A stretch of DNA of 61,950 bases from Candidatus Omnitrophota bacterium. GTDB taxonomy: Bacteria > Omnitrophota > Omnitrophia > Omnitrophales > Aquincolibacteriaceae. Numbering within the stretch: the first letter of the stretch is position 1; each line of letters starts with the position of its first letter. Below the pieces are notes generated by a model. It worked only from the letters and a program-made list of their open reading frames with translations, was not told where the DNA came from and made no database searches. The DNA lies in assembly GCA_023247035.1 (NCBI GenBank), contig JAHFHG010000007.1:1-61950 (forward strand). Reading direction: 5' to 3'. Below, one piece after another: positions 57,140 through 61,950 of this stretch. Both the position numbers and the translations under genes were made by a program.

Positions 57140-57172
57140 CGAGCAAGTTCGCCATTTTGGAGGACTTGCTCG
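57140..57172. repeat. Perfect 9-bp inverted repeat (hairpin) between recG and rsmD
   Basis: CGAGCAAGT (57140-57148) and ACTTGCTCG (57164-57172) with a 15-nt loop and no flanking U-run. Confidence 0.7.
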
Positions 57173-57210
57173 TGTTTAAAAGCTCAAATGCAGAGTTTGT
57201 GGCCTACGTT

Positions 57211-59271
<2,061 letters not shown>

Positions 59272-59296
59272 AAGTCCGAAGATTAAAACCAGCGAC

Positions 59297-59325
59297 CGGA
59301 AAAAATCCGTTTGAAAACTTTTCCG
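59297..59325. repeat. 7-bp inverted repeat (hairpin) between secG and recG
   Basis: CGGAAAA (59297-59303) and TTTTCCG (59319-59325) with a 15-nt loop. Confidence 0.6.
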
Positions 59326-59337
59326 CCTCGATTCGAG

Positions 59338-59793
59338 CTACTTCGGCGCGGGCTTTTCCGGGCTTGCAGCCTTTGTGGACGCGCCCGCCGGATTTTGATT
59401 TGAAGCTTGAGAAGCGTTCCCCAGCGGCGGCGCTGGAGCGGCGGCAGGCCCAGCAGTTTGCGGGTGCGAACCTTTCTGGGCCTTTACTTTTTCCAGCGCT
59501 TTTTTGATGGTCTCCATATCGACCGGCGCGGATTGCCGTCTTGTATCAAACAAGCTCCGGCTTCTTTGCGTTTCGAGAACGTTCAGGCCGATGCAGGTGA
59601 AAAGAAAACAAATGGCTGCGACGGAAGTGGCCTTGGTCAGAAAATCCGCGGCGCGGGTCCCGAACAAAGACTGGACATTTCCGCTTCCAAATCCGCCTCC
59701 CGTCAGCCCCTGCCCCCTTCCGGCCTGGAGTAAAATGACTAAAATCAAAATAAAACAGACAATCACGTGGATGAGGGTAAGAAAAATCGTCAT
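59338..59793 (-). CDS. secG: Preprotein translocase subunit SecG with Ala/Pro-rich C-terminal tail
   Basis: 151 aa. The SecG core is LILVILLQAGRGQGLTGGGFGSG...TKATSVAAICFLFTCIGL. A ~70-aa low-complexity extension follows. Confidence 0.85.
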   Translation of the reverse strand: MTIFLTLIHVIVCFILILVILLQAGRGQGLTGGGFGSGNVQSLFGTRAADFLTKATSVAAICFLFTCIGLNVLETQRSRSLFDTRRQSAPVDMETIKKALEKVKAQKGSHPQTAGPAAAPAPPLGNASQASNQNPAGASTKAASPEKPAPK

Positions 59794-60572
59794 CGTGCGG
59801 CCTCCGCTTCAAGCGCCTTTGTGGCGTTCATCACAATTTGAATAAAAGATTCGGCTTTCAGGGATGCTCCTCCCACGAGCGCCCCGTCAATATTGGGTTT
59901 TTTGATCAATTCTCCGATATTATCCGGTTTCACGCTGCCTCCATAAAGAATCAGCACTTTGCCCGCAATCTCGTCTCCGTATTTTTCTTTTAAAAGCCGG
60001 CGGATATACGACTGCATTTGCTCGGCCTGCTCGGGCGTGGCGGTCTTGCCGGTCCCGATGGCCCAGACTGGTTCGTACGCAATTACGGTTTTTAAAATAT
60101 CTTCTTTAGTCAGGTCTTTAAGAGACTGCTCGAATTGAAGTTTAACTGCTTCATGCTGCTGACGGGCATTCCTCTGATCCAAGGTCTCGCCCACGCAGAG
60201 GATCGGAATCAAACTGTAACGCAAGGCGGTCTTTACTTTCTCGTTGATAAAGATATCATCTTCCTTGAAGTATTGCCGCCGCTCCGAATGCCCCAGGATC
60301 ACATACCGGCAGCCTACCTCTTTAATCATCAGCGGCGATATCTCGCCCGTATAAGCGCCTTCATTTTCCGGGTGCATATTTTGCGCCCCGAGTTCCAGCG
60401 GGCTGTCGGCAAGGATCGGGGATAAGCCGGCGAGCGCGGTAAAGGGCGGGCAAATCACGATTTGGCAGTCCGTAATTTTATAGATCCCGGCCTTGATCGT
60501 TTGAACCAGATTCACGGCCTCCCTGATCGTTTTAAACATTTTCCAGTTTCCGGCAATGAGCGGTTTTTTCAT
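59790..60572 (-). CDS. tpiA: Triosephosphate isomerase
   Basis: 260 aa with IAGNWKM, ILGHSERR and AYEPVWAIGTG motifs. Confidence 0.95.
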   Translation of the reverse strand: MKKPLIAGNWKMFKTIREAVNLVQTIKAGIYKITDCQIVICPPFTALAGLSPILADSPLELGAQNMHPENEGAYTGEISPLMIKEVGCRYVILGHSERRQYFKEDDIFINEKVKTALRYSLIPILCVGETLDQRNARQQHEAVKLQFEQSLKDLTKEDILKTVIAYEPVWAIGTGKTATPEQAEQMQSYIRRLLKEKYGDEIAGKVLILYGGSVKPDNIGELIKKPNIDGALVGGASLKAESFIQIVMNATKALEAEAAR

Positions 60573-60584
60573 GGGATTCTTTTT

Positions 60585-61793
60585 CTATTTTAACGTTTTC
60601 GATCCGACGACCGGCTTTTCACGAAGAGCCGCTGCGCCGGGAAGGATTGTTCCTTCTAGATATTCCAGAGATGCCCCCCCACCCGTCGAGACGTGGGACA
60701 TTTGATCTTCAAGCCCGAACTGGGCCACCGCGGCCGCCGTATCTCCGCCGCCGATAATTGTGGTGGCCTTGAGCTTGGCGACAAAGCGCGCGATATCCCG
60801 AGTCCCTTCATCAAAAGGAGGAATCTCGAAAAGGCCGAGCGGCCCGTTCCAGACGACCGTCTTTGCGGAAGTCAAATGTTCTTTGAAATTTTTGCGCGTT
60901 GCCGGCCCGATATCAAATCCGGACCACCCGTCCGGAATGTCGCCGGTGACAATCTTTGTCGGCGTCCCCTTTTCCATCTTTTGCGCGATCACCCGGTCGA
61001 CGGGCAGGACCAAAGGAACATTCTTAGCTTTCGACTTGGCGAGCGCTTCTTTGGCGGCGTCCAAACCGGCCGGATCAAATTTGGAATTCCCGATTTTAAT
61101 ACCCTGGACCTTGTAAAACGTGTAAGCCATCGCCCCGCCGATCAGGATCAAGTCGGCCTTTTCCAAAAGATTCGAGATGAGTTTAATTTTGTCGGAAACC
61201 TTAGCCCCGCCCAGAATCGTCACAAAAGGACGCTCGGGATTCGTAATCGCTTTATCGAAATATTCGATTTCTTTGGCAAGCAGGAAGCCGGCGACCGCGG
61301 GAAGGAATTTCGTAACGCCGACGGTTGAAGCGTGCGCGCGGTGGGCGGTTCCGAAGGCGTCGTTGACGTAAACTTCGCCAAGGGCAGCCAATTTTTTAGA
61401 AAAAACAGGATCGTTTTGCTCCTCCTCAGCGTGGAAGCGCAAATTCTCAAGCAGAATCACTTCTCCGTCTTTCAGATTCCGAACCGCAGATTCAACCGCA
61501 GAGCCGACACAGTCCGGCAAAAGAGCGACTTTTTTTCCGATAAGCTTGGCGAGGTGTTCCGCAACGGGCTTCAAACTGTACTTTGCTTCCGGCTTTCCCT
61601 TGGGACGCCCCAAATGCGACATCAGAATGATTTTAGCCTTTTGATCCAGGCAATAGCGGATCGTATCAAGGGACTTCGTAACGCGGGAGTCGTCTGTAAT
61701 GCAGCCGTTCTCGTCCAGCGGAACATTAAAATCGACTCGAATCAGTACGCGCTTGGACTTTAGATTGATGTCTCTAACGGTTTGTTTGTTCAT
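60585..61793 (-). CDS. pgk: Phosphoglycerate kinase
   Basis: 402 aa with RVDFNVP, MSHLGRPKG and STGGGASLE motifs. Confidence 0.96.
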   Translation of the reverse strand: MNKQTVRDINLKSKRVLIRVDFNVPLDENGCITDDSRVTKSLDTIRYCLDQKAKIILMSHLGRPKGKPEAKYSLKPVAEHLAKLIGKKVALLPDCVGSAVESAVRNLKDGEVILLENLRFHAEEEQNDPVFSKKLAALGEVYVNDAFGTAHRAHASTVGVTKFLPAVAGFLLAKEIEYFDKAITNPERPFVTILGGAKVSDKIKLISNLLEKADLILIGGAMAYTFYKVQGIKIGNSKFDPAGLDAAKEALAKSKAKNVPLVLPVDRVIAQKMEKGTPTKIVTGDIPDGWSGFDIGPATRKNFKEHLTSAKTVVWNGPLGLFEIPPFDEGTRDIARFVAKLKATTIIGGGDTAAAVAQFGLEDQMSHVSTGGGASLEYLEGTILPGAAALREKPVVGSKTLK

Positions 61794-61857
61794 AACAGAG
61801 GCAGGTGGATTATATTGATTTTATGTGATTTTAAAAGTTCTTTTTATCCGCATGTTG

Positions 61858-61901
61858 ATAGCACGTCAAGATGTCCGGTATTTGTAGCACGTGAAATGTC
61901 C
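61858..61901. repeat. Tandem direct repeat upstream of pgk (candidate operator)
   Basis: TAGCACGTCAAGATGTCCG (61858-61876) and TAGCACGTGAA-ATGTCCG (61884-61901) lie 26 nt apart. Each is preceded by TTG. Confidence 0.6.
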
Positions 61902-61950
61902 GCTTTTAGGTTGTGAGGATAAGTTGTTTTATTGATTTAGGTTTTGATGT

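Overview
This 61,950-bp window appears to come from an uncultivated bacterium with a Gram-negative-type envelope, judging by an LpxL-type acyltransferase, ADP-heptose genes and BatD/BatE-like genes. I cannot assign the phylum from sequence alone. I call 66 protein-coding genes, 64 of them on the minus strand and most with overlapping or very short junctions. I also call one tRNA-Gly(CCC), one decayed toxin-antitoxin locus, one strong intrinsic terminator, several candidate promoters and several hairpins or repeats. The content is overwhelmingly housekeeping. In coordinate order: lepA (truncated), rpe, an M16 peptidase, ruvX, trpA, trpB, a BatE/BatD/ParB-fold/metalloprotease/plsC train, a plus-strand DUF59-TPR pair, an acyl-ACP desaturase with an LpxL-type fusion protein, a PfkB kinase, thiE, hldC, gmhA, pfk, accC, accB, aroQ, dnaK, a sigma54-type two-component pair, trpFCDGE, hisIFAHBD, alaS, recX, recA, plsY, pgsA, smc, the classic fabF-acpP-fabG-fabD-fabH-plsX-rpmF-yceD cluster, coaD, rsmD, recG, secG, tpiA and pgk. 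I found no rRNA, CRISPR array, intact transposase or integrase, or recognisable defence system, and no convincing novel multi-gene system. The best leads are small-scale. (1) A consensus promoter, GNRA hairpin and U8 terminator form an ~80-nt unit upstream of a DUF1844 gene, a candidate sRNA or attenuator. (2) A low-GC block abutting the tRNA-Gly 3' end carries a soluble acyl-ACP desaturase and an LpxL/ELM1-half fusion. (3) A sigma54-like promoter with a symmetric upstream site lies in front of a solitary dnaK next to an NtrC-family activator. (4) A YefM/YoeB-like toxin-antitoxin relic sits in a 460-bp divergent intergenic region. (5) A BatD/BatE pair is coupled to a ParB-fold protein. (6) A PC4-like ssDNA-binding gene with a palindrome lies upstream of recA. 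All family calls rest on motif recognition from the supplied translations and from memory. No database search was run.
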